From Balanoglossus misakiensis (Eukaryota > Animalia > Hemichordata), in assembly GCA_040954595.2 (NCBI GenBank), contig CM082596.2:5468791-5532790 (forward strand): a stretch of 64,000 nucleotides of DNA. The letters are read 5' to 3'. Of the stretch, positions 30,501 through 42,168 are shown piece after piece; positions within the stretch are counted from its first letter, which is position 1; each line of letters starts with the position of its first letter. The position numbers were made by a program, and so were the translations under genes. The notes under the pieces were generated by a model. The model ran no database searches. It saw only the letters and a list, made by a program, of their open reading frames with translations, and had not been told where the DNA came from.

Positions 30501-33500
30501 ACTTGTGTATATATGTCAAAGCCATGTCTCCATGGCAACTAACATTACCCCAATAATTTTATCAATCTGGTAGGGGAATACTCAATATAGCTGTTTTTTC
30601 TTCTGTAAAGGGTGAACATTTCTAACTATTTTGCCTGTTACACCCCATTTCCCAGTATAGAGGGCCAACTTTACCATATAAAACAATGGATTTGGACCAA
30701 ACCATGGTGATGAATTAGGGTTTTAAAACTTTCTCTTTGGGAGGGAGTTTAGGACTAACATTCATTTATCATGGTGTGTGTGTTATTATCCACGGCCCCT
30801 AAGCTTTTGAGCAAGTATACTTTGAAATCTTCACATCAGCCTTTAACCCTGCACGTACTTCACGCTACTGTATGAAGTACTTCGCAAAATACCAAATATT
30901 GGTTTTTGTTCACTGACATCTGTCCCTCAACCCTGACACACCTGTTTTCTCATATAAATAGTTCCAGTTGAAATATCGCTACGTTCAAGATGGCCTAATC
31001 GAATACTGGGATAAAGGTGTTTTTTTCACTATAAAATGTCAAGATTCCTCACATAATGTTAAAAGACTACAATAATCTAAGTCTTCAAATAGCCAAATTG
31101 TGGCACGCTTTTTAGCATGGCCGACTACCGGCTGGGTAGATTTCAACATTTCATGGTAACTATGGTGATATTTGCATAAGGTGACCAGTTTCAAACCTGA
31201 GGAGGGAACTCAGGTTAACCTAGATTCCAACTGTCTGACCTTGTGTGACCTTTAGAACTTCAACAACGCCACCCCTTCCATATAGGTTTCAGACTAACGC
31301 GTCCGCAGAACGCTGAAATAGTTGCCATTTAGTCATCTGTGCATTCTAGTTCAGTATCCAGAAGTACGCAGAGCAATGCTGAATGTTTCAGTACATCTCA
31401 TATTTCATTGAGGTTCATTCCAGATAAATATTGAACAACATACATGGTACACTTTACACAAATTTGAGAAACATCAAAACGGACATCAAAAGTAATCCTA
31501 AAACATGGATATAAACTCACCAGTTCTATACATTTGCATTTAAACTGCAGCATGTGATATAACTAACTTTTCATTTCAGTACCAGTCTAATTGTACATTT
31601 CTAAGGGTGTTAAAATGTACACAATCATACCCGGTTTGATGTGCAATCATTTTGCATGTTAACAGCTTATGTCTGCAACCCAAAATATACAATAAGGAAT
31701 TTATTATTCTGTCCGTGAACTAATTTTTATTAGTTTGACCTGCTTTGAGAGTTATGTAGGATTTTAAGTATTCTACCTACCCCCTGCATTTGTTATAGTT
31801 TAACCCTAATGCTATGCCAGTACTGCAATAGAATGGGAAAAGTGGACCACTTTATAAGGAGAATTGGGGCTAGGTTCAAATTTAGGTGAACATGGTCAGA
31901 AAAAAGTAATTCCTTTCACAGATTGCTGCTAAATTTTCATTCATTCATTCATTCATTCATTCATTCATTCATTCATTCATTCATTCATTCAGCATAATGA
32001 ATTTTTCGATAATCAGAAATGTGATCAGAGTATATTGTCTTTAATATTGTAACATTAAACACAAAAGAGATGGATACTGGTGGCATACCAAGGGTGAATT
32101 GGAAAGCCACCCCATGACCGAATTGTATCTCATATACATTTCGACGTTATCATCAATATGTGTCTTTCGTCAGGCATAGACAGATGTGTATATATCCTAT
32201 GTTATTGACTGTACCACTTATGAACTGGGTCAAATAGAGGGCAGGGTCATTGGTAGTCAGTCAGTCAGTCGGTCAGTCAGTCAACACTAATCTCTCTTGT
32301 GCTCCCTGTCTACATCCCTGCATGTCTGTCTGTCTGTCTGCCTGTCTGTTTGTCTGTATCTCTGGGTACATCTTTGTCGCTCTTAACTATCAAATCAATC
32401 ACAGAGTGTTACTAAACAATTTCAGTTGGGCAAGCATACAGAAAAGCTAAAAAGGACACAGAAAGTAACTGTTCATGTCTGCACGGTCCAGCAGGGAATC
32501 GTTTAGGAATTCAGCAGGGAAAACAAAACAGCCCTCCATCCTTGACTCTCAGTGACAACAGAGTCTACACGATTCCTCAAAGTCTAAAAACCAAGAACGG
32601 ACATGGCTGATCGGCTCGGGAAAGACAACGGGCACATTGAGAAGCGGGCGACCGGCCACTGCGCTGACTTCTCAATTCTTAGCTCGTAATCATCCTGTTT
32701 TTTTTTTCAGCGTTGAGAATGGAGTGACCATGACGTATAACTGATGCATTTGTGACACAAAAACAGTCCAAACAAAAGCAGAGAAAGAAAGGGGGTTGCA
32801 ATCACACAAAGATTCCATTCGCGTCTTTTGAATGCAAATTTTTCTTTTTTTGTTTCTTTCAGGGCGAGAAGAACTGCACCAGCCAGGGAAAGAATAACCG
32901 TCAAAGCCTTCCGATCCAGAACTGAAAATTACAGAGAAGTTGTCACCTCCTTCAAGAACACAGAACATACAGGTAGATCGCTATAAACTGCTATATATCA
33001 GAATTTTTTCCGCCATCGCGAGTTGCGCGCCATTGTCTTGCGGGGGGCCACCTGACGCGGAGGTGCTGACAAAGAGACTGAAATAGATACTCCAATTAAC
33101 ATAATCACTGTTTGAGCAGGCTGATGTTTTCACAGCTCCTCAGAAGCAAAATAGTGAACACAGATGAGATAACGCTTCTGGAATGTAGATCGCACTCCCC
33201 ACCTCAGCTAATACACCGAATTCGGGAAGCCAAACATGAACTCAAAACGAGATTCGGACGACAAAATCCCCCCCCCCCCCCCTCAAACCTCCTCCCAACC
33301 CCTAGAGTGAAATCCAGGTAGCGGTAAAACTTCTGGATGGCTGCGGGCACGCTTCCCTTGACAAATTGGTGACCTTTCCCCCAGAGAGAGATTTTCCACT
33401 GTTGGCCGTTTCACAATGGGCCAACAGAAAAGACCAAACAAAGACTCCACAGAAAGAGACAGAGACTTTGGAGTTCATCTCAAATTCTGAACAAGCCCCC

Positions 33501-36500
33501 GAAACAGCTCACTAAGACACCGACAAAAACCGAGGCACGCAGCTCTCGATCTCTGCAGTTTTGCAAACGTGCGCTGAGGCTAATGTTAGACAGACTTGCC
33601 AAACACTTCAAAGAAAAAAATCTTTTCTCTGCATAGTAGAAGTTCCTTCTTGCAGAGACCCTGGCACAGGTAACACCAGAAGCCTATGTAAACAGTTCAC
33701 CTTGCCCCTGGGAAACCACAAAACAAATTCTGTGTTGAGTTGAGACCACACTATATGGAGTTTTCTGAACCGCTGTATACATGTAAAAGTAACTCAAAAC
33801 AATACGCTGCCTATCTTTTACACTGTGCTGTGTGCATCATTGGGCCTGAGTTTAGAAGCTGTGATTTGCCATCAGCAGATATGACTTCTTTAGGAATAGT
33901 ACTTAAAAGAAGATAGATACAGCAGGATTATTGGCTTAGAGGGCAATGCAAACTCGTGTGTCTGAATCCAGTCGCTGTATTATTTTAATCTAAACATGAT
34001 TTAAACTAAAAGTTTTGACATTGAAGATTGCAATGGAGAAATTTAAACTTTCATATAACTGGCAACCCCCACCCCCACCCCTCCATTTACCACATGCATT
34101 GGCCCTTACAAATACTTCAGGATACTCTTGATTGACAGTTAATGACAGAGTAACTCTGAACAGTGCCAATCTCTGCATTCTGCACAATGAGTTGTTTAAT
34201 ACAAAAATCATTACTAGCTTCAATCTCATAAAAGAGTTTAAGACTACCAATACGCTCAAAGTCTGTTCACTATTTCTGCTTTTCTGAAATATTACCTCAT
34301 TATTCTTGTGGTTTTATGTAATCAGTTTTTCTCGCTTTTTATCAAGCTATAAACGTTCAGATACACGATGGGTTGGGAACGATGATTTTCTTGCGTTTCG
34401 GGTGTACACACCAGCTGTTATACAAGATCTGCCAAGGCCGTAACGTTATTTTACGAGGTTTACCATCGGTCATCTATACAGGACCATGCCTAACAACTGA
34501 CGCGAGTGTCATGATCCTGCACTGCGGTCTCATTACTGGCAGAGTTTACAACAGAACAGCAATATCCCGCTATTTTTAGCGCGTCCTTTCAGATTCTAAT
34601 TGCTGGCCTCATAAAAATTGTAACCGTTTCTTCTGGCCCTCGCTGACCACATGGCACACTCGCTTTATTTGTAAACTGAATTACGCATATTTGAATATAC
34701 GATTTATGGCCGTACGCTGCCTTGTCTGAGAAGACACACGCTATTGTCAACGAGAACAGAAGTGAAGTAACTTTTGATGCTTCTTCCCCTCGCCTAAATT
34801 GCTGGCTCAAACCCAAGTATTCAAATTAATAATCTCATGTTGAGAATTAGAAATATTACTTATTATGTAAAAGCAATCCAATATAACTTAATTTCATAAC
34901 AAAATAGCACACTTCCAATGTTTTAATTTTCTTTAATATACTATATCATTAATATTTCATCTTACCTGGCCATTATAATAATAATAATTAGCAAAACTGT
35001 TATATTATTTTCCAAAATAACACACAAAAACTAATTTATGAGAGTATGTTTGTTTGGTTTTACAATAAAGAGATAAACATAAGCAAATTAATGTCAAAAT
35101 TTAGTGATTTCCAGAGTTTATGGTCTCTGGTTCTTAAAAGGCCTCCTAACAGTACAAAGTCACTGAGCATTGTAATATGTAAACTGTAATATATACCAAC
35201 AACGCTACCATTTGTAATGTTACGTCAAAGCCAAAAAAGAACGCGTTTCGCGTCTGCACAGACGACCAATGACAACCTTCTCACTAGGTTGTTGCCTTGG
35301 TTACCTGTCTTGGTCCTTGTTGGACGGACCACAATTTCAAACATCCTTGTAAGCACATGCCATGCGAATTGGCTACGACTTGGATTTTAGAAGTTCGGTT
35401 AGGTAAACATACATAACGTCCCTGTCTAATTGTAACTTGTACGTGATTACGGTGCGCGTGTGAAATGAACATCATGTCGATTTCATCAACAATATACAGC
35501 GCGCACCAAACGCGCAAAAATATGATCCCTCAAAGATGACCAGGGATTTGCCTGGACATTTCATTCTCGTAGTGCCCCTTTCCAAAACAAATCACTAAAC
35601 AGGGTAGAAATAAAACTGAACTCTTCAAGCCGACAGGAGACCTGCAAACTTAATAGACACAAGTGACGCATTCTTCACAACAAATACAGTATTTACATGT
35701 AACTGTTTCCAGTAAATGTAATGTGTATCATAACTACTGTGAGCGTGCATTGCCTCAGACACCGTCAGCAAAACCGATTCACACCTGACCTCCTTTACTT
35801 AAGAATTTTCTGTACCTTCCACTAGAGAGATTCGCTGATTCAATTATGCTGTTAAGCTGAAAGTTTCTCTTTTCCTATAGAGGGATTACTGGGAGAACCC
35901 GACAACTACGTTAAAATGTTAGAGACACGCAAACGGTGTTTTTTCTCCGGGTTTCAAGTCCCTAAAAAGCAGTTGCTAGTCAACGCCAAAAAAAGTTTGT
36001 ACAGGTAGGATTGTGACGTTGGGTGCCTTTGTCAACCGTCAGTGTTAACCAGTTCATTATGTGTGCAGCTATCCATAGATAATTTCCTTTCGATTGTCCA
36101 CTTTAACAACATAAAAGAAACAACAAACTGGTCAGGTTTCAGACTTTTAGTTTCTTCCCTGCGCTGCGCGATGTCTTGGTATAGAACCCCAGAATGTAAT
36201 ATAAGAACAACGCTTTACAGTCGCGAAGGTGTTATGAGAAATGTTTTGGTTTTCATATCTCTAGGATACAGACATGGGTTGGACTCGTTTTCTGTGAGTC
36301 ATCCGACATGCGAGCAAATTTCAAAATACACACACTTGCACTCAGCACTTAGCCCTCCACACACACAAGTTTTAAGCGGTCAACACTTACTTAGGCTGGC
36401 GTTCGCTCCGGAGAAAGATCCACTCTCGTTCTCCCAGTACCGTAGCCACGACCCGGTCGCACTCTCACTCAGTGGTGGGCTCCGATCTGAGCTGGAATTA

Positions 36501-36505
36501 TCCAT
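5032..36505 (-). CDS. Uncharacterised coiled-coil + CAP-Gly domain protein, ~564 aa, 12 coding exons (manually spliced model)
   Basis: Exons (minus): 36505-36391, 24366-24225, 10863-10704, 10307-10089, 9528-9378, 9041-8938, 8608-8472, 8108-7914, 7029-6899, 6619-6513, 6281-6079, 5062-5032. All introns are GT-AG with matching phases, and the 1695 nt CDS is open. The first and last exons are the least certain. A possible cassette exon lies at 7611-7549 and a possible alternative last exon at 5834-5798. Confidence 0.72.
6513..7029 (-). CDS. Two exons (7029-6899, 6619-6513) encoding the CAP-Gly domain
   Basis: The spliced translation QPIALDDHVVVRGERTGYVRYIGHLDNVGSTHVIYVGLQLDAA|VGRHDGFFNGKRYFWCHRNHGVFLPMQDI matches the CAP-Gly consensus (GxVRYxG...xGxxLD...GK(N/H)DG...GxRYFxC...GxF). 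Confidence 0.9.
12531..12623 (+). mobile_element. ~90 bp MITE, TTAA-CCCTTT...AAAGGG-TTAA (piggyBac-like), copy 1
   Basis: Terminal inverted repeats taaccctttcacc / ggtgaaagggttaa and an internal ggtccaa...ttggacc inverted repeat. Related copies occur elsewhere in the window. Confidence 0.75.
12970..12992 (-). CDS. Candidate alternative first coding exon of the CAP-Gly gene (MGGNASHR)
   Basis: agaATGG Kozak context with an upstream in-frame TGA. The donor CG|gtacgt is phase 2 and matches exon 10863. Confidence 0.42.
14237..14311. repeat. (CAC)n(CAT)n microsatellite
   Basis: Directly visible trinucleotide run. Confidence 0.95.
17286..17400 (+). mobile_element. Same piggyBac-like MITE family, copy 2 (with a GGT expansion)
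   Basis: ttaaacctttcacc...agaggtccaact...aacaatggattcggaccaaacca...ggtgaaatggttaa. Confidence 0.7.
17608..17720. mobile_element. Foldback MITE with ~45 bp TIRs and a 10 bp target-site duplication
   Basis: TIR caatctgattaaaatcagatgtagggaacggcgacttggtttttt and its exact reverse complement, flanked on both sides by cactgacagt (17598-17607, 17721-17730). Confidence 0.85.
21517..21608. repeat. (CAT)n/(CAC)n/(CAA)n compound microsatellite
   Basis: Directly visible trinucleotide run. Confidence 0.95.
23610..23703 (+). mobile_element. Same piggyBac-like MITE family, copy 3
   Basis: ttaacccttttacccc...agaggtccaaccttaccatcgaaaacaatggggtttggaccaaaccatggtggtgaaagggtt. Confidence 0.72.
24225..24366 (-). 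CDS. Internal exon 2 of the CAP-Gly gene (LCSHDIEGLVEDKDVAAKAVAFVINSTRKGVVPLCADVANLLRTKK)
   Basis: Strong acceptor (tttgacag) and donor (AA|gtaagt). Phase 1->2 joins in frame to exon 10863-10704 (LESIIIDQKQELQRLR). Confidence 0.75.
26507..26660 (+). mobile_element. Truncated Tc1/mariner-pogo (Tigger-like) MITE, left half
   Basis: Starts cagtaaaacctgtctaaaccg and has an internal gaggtgtccggtttaaagagg repeat typical of these MITEs. No right TIR was found. Confidence 0.4.
30632..30725 (+). mobile_element. Same piggyBac-like MITE family, copy 4 (degraded ends)
   Basis: agagggccaactttaccatataaaacaatggatttggaccaaaccatggtgatg matches the family core. Confidence 0.62.
31936..31991. repeat. (ATTC)n microsatellite
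   Basis: Directly visible tetranucleotide run. Confidence 0.95.
36391..36505 (-). CDS. Probable first coding exon of the CAP-Gly gene (MDNSSSDRSPPLSESATGSWLRYWENESGSFSGANASL)
   Basis: ATG in good Kozak context (attATGG) after in-frame stops. The donor A|gtaagt is phase 1 and matches exon 24366. Upstream sequence is CpG-richer with CGGAAG motifs at ~36713-36750. Confidence 0.6.
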
Positions 36506-39500
36506 AATTTCTCATTGTCACAAAACTAATCGCGTACGATGAGTAAGTTCCCTCCTGCAGGCAGCCATGTTGTACAACAAAATGATCCCAAGTCAACCGG
36601 TAATCATCGTAACTGAATGAGAAAGGGGTGGGTGGCGGCCAAACTGAACAGCCGCAAATAACGTTCAAAATATGACGTGCAGGACTCCAATTAAATGTAA
36701 AAGGTCAAGAAATCGGAAGCGGAGTGTGGATATGATATACAACTTCCGAAGTTTGCAGTCGCCACTGAACATATCTCTTGAAATATACATGAATGTCAAT
36801 TTCCCGGAGGGAGGTAAAAGCAACAGCCAGGCTATCAAAGTTGCTAAGTGAAAGGAACATGGTCCCACCGTCCCGGGACAGTCACTTTGGAGAACTATAG
36901 TTGATGAATATTCATTAATGCTTTTTTCATTATTTATCATTCGCTGCCAGTCAATCCTGTTTCCAATTTACCCGCGATCTAACTATAAGCAAAATCCGGA
37001 GATGTGAAGAGAACATCTTGAGTACATCCAAAGTAAACCCTGACTTTTGCTGAGTCCAAGAAAATAAAAAGAACGTTTAAACCCTCGTATGTCACTGTAC
37101 AGAGATGTTTTCGTCATTCCCAACTTTTACTTTAAAAAATGACCGAATCGGGCCACTGGTTGTGTGAGAAAAAGTCGACCATTCGTAAAACGAAAAAAGT
37201 AAGTATCTTCTTCAATGATGCAGACGAGAAAAAGTACTCGATCACACTGCATGTCATAACACATCGAGAAAGAGCTGGTCGCAGGATGTCTGACATGACA
37301 TTCTTTTCAAAGAACAAAAGTTTCAATTTCTTTCCCCATCGCAGCCTTCAGAAAGAGGTACTAAGACAATGCCCATCGCTGGTAGCTATGTAAGCAATGA
37401 TTGGAAATCGTAAACAATTCGTATTTATTTCTCCCTTTTTGGGGGGCGAGCCTGGCTTGAATACGTGCTGTTCGGCGCAAAAGGCAGCACGCTTGTCCAC
37501 ATTGAAGACATTGTACCTGGCCGCGTAATGCCCAATGCTTGCTTGCCCATGCCGAATTAATTTGCACTAGAGGGGCCGCTTCTTTCTAAACAGCCTGGCT
37601 AAAACAAAAATACAGCACTACAAAAGTCTCCCTTCTTCTGCGGAACGCCGCCTAAAGAAATGCACTCGCCATTCTTCTGGCCTTTATGGCTTATGTAAGA
37701 ATGTGGTTATCTTCGTTGTCTTGATGACAATCGTCTGGGCAAAGGCGGGCAAAATGCTCATTCTTTCGCGAGAGATCTCGGGCCATCGGACATTTTCTTC
37801 ATCGTACATCATCGATAATAATTGAATTACATTCAAGTTGTGGTTTAATATAGCTCTTGGAGTGTCTTCAAGCGACTCTAGTCAAGCGATCTGGTAAAGG
37901 TGCCGTTCAAATTCTATGCTTTCAATGATGAAATTCCGAGTGTTGCCATGACTCTGGTTTCGATATCAAAGCTAAAAAGTAAAGATGAAGGAGCTTATTT
38001 AAAAACGAAATATGCCACTAATTCAAAACATGGACATAAGCATTTTAAATTCTTCCAAAGGTAAAACAATTATAAGTCTGTGATCTGATAAAAGATCGGT
38101 TTGAATCCGTGTAATATCCTTGACAAGAAAGATGTGTGATCTGCGTGTCTGTGACATGTTTCTGTCGGTCGTTTACCCCTGAACCGACCAAATAAGAGTT
38201 TCTAATTTTACGCGTCAGAAACACACAAACACTATGCAAATACCTAAACTAAACGAGGCAGTGTTTAAGACTACGAGGTCTTGTGTGCAGATAATGAATG
38301 CTAACTATCCGACTTGAATTAGTTGTGGCTATGCGAACAGGCAGGTAGTACATCACTGCTCCAACTACAGTTTCGTGTTCTACTCCCCAAAGCACTTCGG
38401 ATATTTTTGGCCCGACAATAATAGAGTTGTTGTTGCTGACAAATGGAGTTTGGTTCAGAATCATAAAATTGACAACTGCAACGCACATTGTTCCACACGG
38501 AACAAGAAAGGAAAGACCAAAAGCTAAAACTCATGCCCCCTTTAAATATTTAGATCAATTTTCTTTGAAGTCGCACCTGCAGAAATAAATCTGAACACTT
38601 TTGGCTTTGGATTAACATGCGACCAGGCCCAATTGACGCGGGACACGAAACAGCCACTTTGGGGTGATTTGCTCTAAGACTCCGACAACTTGAATTACTG
38701 CGCCCCGAATTAATCCAAGCTATATATTTCTTCAAGAGCCCAGATATAGAGCCTGCCCGACCACTATCCACACAAAGATCACGTGACCTTTGAGGAAAAA
38801 CAACCCTGAAACCTAGCGCGCTGCAAGTTGGACGCCTCAGTTTATAAATCTTCTCCTAAACCGCTTTCTCTAATGTATACAGAAAATGTTCTGAAGGCTC
38901 CCACTAAATCTGTGTCTTCATTGGTATGTAGGAAACTACGTGTAGAACTAGAAGCTGGATACAGTTAAACGTCACCACCTGCGCATGAAGCAAAACCGAA
39001 CGCCCAATATTCCAAATTAAAAATTAATGTGGTCGCTATCGTTATCTTAATGAGAAGCTTGTGCATGTTTATTAATAATAAATCATCAGTAATTATGTTA
39101 TGCGCAATTATGAAAAGCACCTTGACAACTAATAATTCGGTGTGCGTTCCGAGTCGTCGCAAACAATAGTCATAATCATACGTTACGCGAGAAAAAATGT
39201 CATTCTTTTCCATGTGCAGTTATAGGCTTCTAAACCTAACGACGCGAGAGAGTGTACTGTGGCACCCCCGTCGTAAACCTGACGAGTGTACTGTGGCACC
39301 CCCCGTCGCCTTGTGGGTGTGACTCGGTGTTCTTTGCACCCACAACTGAATCACCGCCGACCTTGAATATTTATACCAAAGTTCCATCGATCTATGACGT
39401 CACTATACTTTTACCATACACTGAAGTTGTCCAAGGCCAATCGGAAGGTGTCTGGAGATAAGCGTTGCTTCCGCTGGATTATTCTGATTAAAAAAGAGTT

Positions 39501-39918
39501 GTCGTTTTCATTCTGTCGATTTTTCCGTTTGATTCTTTTCTCTTTGTACGCGACCCGATATCAAGGAAAGTTTATGAGTTTAGGTCAGGAGGGTTTGGCA
39601 ATTTTATTGCGCAGTCTCTGGTTGGCCAACCCCTGATGCGACAAATCAGCGTTTATCCATTAAAGAGCAAGAAATATATAATACCCTGAAAGTTTTCAAA
39701 GTGAAGAACAGTTTTTAATGGGGTATAGGTACGGCAACTTTTGAGTTCTGCCGAGTGGTGGAAGACACGGCGGAGGGGAAAATAGATTTATTAAGTAGAT
39801 GTTGTTGAGATTACATTCCCACATGGGTAGTCTTGGGACTCCTACAAGCAAGTCTGCTGTTGTCTCCAAACAACGCCGGCTTTATTCATAGGTTGGCAAG
39901 ACGACGTAGGCCAGGACT

Positions 39919-39999
39919 CAATCTGATTAAAATCAGATGTAGGGAACGTCGACGTGGTAACCACGTTGCCGTTCCCTACATCTGATTTTAATCAGATTG
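39919..39999. mobile_element. Shorter copy of the same foldback MITE family with a 9 bp TSD
   Basis: Same TIR caatctgattaaaatcagatgtagggaacg. Flanks are gccaggact / gccaggagt. Confidence 0.82.
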
Positions 40000-40722
40000 G
40001 CCAGGAGTGTGCCAAACACTATGGTCTTTCCCTGTAAAAATAACAAGCGACCATTTTAGAAAACCTGGAGAGTTTTGTGGTTTGTGGCAGAAGATGATCA
40101 AAGTGTCACTTTCCATTTCTTGCGGTTTTCGTTAAAAACCACCTGTGATCAAAATTCAAAGCCCCCCCCCCTCCCGTGTTCAAATCATGTCGAAACAATT
40201 ATAACTCAATGAAGGCTTTCTCGCATTCTACAGGCGACCTCTGGCAAACCAGTTACGAGACAGTGAAGAATGCCGGTGACTAATGGCAGCCGGGATCAGA
40301 GGTACGGCGGGGAGCGCGCAAAGATTAACTCGGCAGTAAACATGGCACAAGATGGACACCGCACCGAGTCACAGAGTTTCAGACCTTCAGACCTTTAAAG
40401 TAAGTTTATTAGGTTTTGCTGGCACTGAAAAGTTATGAGTTCATGCAATGTACACTGACCAGTGTAAATCACTGTTGTGAGACGAATTCAAGTATTTGAA
40501 AATTAGTCACTTGCAGGCTCTGTGCAGACTTCATTTTGCACGAATTTATACTGCTGCCAGCTATGGACAAACTTCACTATGTACTCTCTCACAAAAAATC
40601 GTGTGGCCTATAAATTGTTTCAGAAGGCCTTTAATCTATCCGGGCAATGTAGTATTAGTACCATGTTTGTCATTCACAGGGTTATTGCATAAAAGTGTTT
40701 TTAATGTTATGATTAGAATTAA

Positions 40723-41011
40723 AGCGCGTAGCTCGTCTCGCGCGCATGCGCGTAACTTCCCAGCAAATTGTCCGTTCGATGCAGTCAAATAGTGGACAAC
40801 CTTCGATTCCTTCCATATTTCATCCGCACCGTATAAGTATATTCTGGTTTTGTCCGTCCTTTTCACCCAAGCTAGTGTCTTTTCCCGATCTCCGACACAG
40901 ATTATGGTCGCCGCCATCTTGTGTGAGCACTGCCTTATGGGATTGATTGTTCACAAAACGTCTGTAACCAGCGGCTACAGTTGAACATGCATGTGAGACG
41001 AGCTACGCGCT
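40723..41011. mobile_element. 289 bp MITE with TTAA TSD and AG...CT termini (Kolobok-like)
   Basis: ttaa|agcgcgtagctcgtctc ... gagacgagctacgcgct|ttaa. The superfamily assignment rests on the terminal signature only. Confidence 0.72.
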
Positions 41012-42168
41012 TTAAAGTTAAGTGCGCCGAATTCCATTGCGCATACGCATCCGCGCAATTTAACTCCCTAGCATGACAGAATTAAGTTTCAGGTCAGCCA
41101 ATAATCACTATACTGGGGTGCCTTGTAAAAATATGTTCCTGAATTTATAGGGTTATTACACAAGTATGCATTTGTGTAGACATTTCACTTCTAAATCAGT
41201 ATGAAGATGACCCATGGACCTTTGACCCCCTAGGCTACTTATTTTTTTTCAACACAGGTGTTTAAAATGCTTTTGGAAATGAATTATTTAGTAAACCCGA
41301 GTTAGAAGTAGAGATATATATTTAAAATAGCGTGGTGACACCCTTTTTTAAATTTTGTATAATAATGTGCATGCAGTTAAGCATGAAATCTTCATTTCCT
41401 TGACTTCCCATCATATCTATATCAAATTATTTATGTTCTATGATTGACAGTCAAAAGTCTGAAAAGACGAGTCTTTTTTAAAATATCCATTCTCTGTATT
41501 GAGTTTTTTCTTAAGTACCAAAGATGTGTTCATTTTACACTTTTAATATGAACTTTTATTTCAAATGGACATTTTTTCATGTCCTTAAGGAGTTCTTTTC
41601 ATGCTCCGTTTCCATGGAAATGGACGTAGTGACCCCTATTTTTTATTTCATATTTCAAGAGGTATAATATTATAGAATGTTTATACCAAGTTTCATCAAA
41701 TTGAAATGCTTTCAGGCTCTCGAACCCGAATCCGAAACTGAATCTGAATCCGAAACCGACACTAACTTCAGCATCTAAAATTAAAAACACTTTTATGCAA
41801 TAACCCTGTGAATGACAAACACTGTCAGCAAGGGCGTGCTTTTAGGGGCCAGTCTCTCGACACCGAATCCGAACCTGAATCCGAGGCTTACTTCAGTATC
41901 GTTTTAAATTTTATGAACAGAATTAAGAGATCTGAGAATCTCTATATTAAGAATATTTATGCATGTACATTAATAGATTCATTTTATACTAATTATTGTA
42001 CTTGTAAGCTTTGTGTTTATCTGTGTCATGTATTTATGTACATATATGTATATTTTATGGGCCTGGAGGCTGATTCAAATAAATAAATAAATAATGCAAG
42101 ATGAGAAGTGTGCTAGTATTATTTACTAAATTACCTGAGTAAATATGAAGGGCTGTACTTATCGTTCA

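Noticed and set aside
36506-36520. Selenocysteine/readthrough at tandem in-frame UGA codons
   Set aside because: No SECIS element or redox motif was recognised, and a uORF is the simpler explanation.
37139-37830. Possible divergent plus-strand gene (MTESGHW...KK|gtaagt)
   Set aside because: No downstream exons or recognisable product could be assembled.
39250-39308. 24 bp direct repeat pair (similar 23 bp pair at ~25238-25282)
   Set aside because: Isolated slippage duplications with no associated structure.
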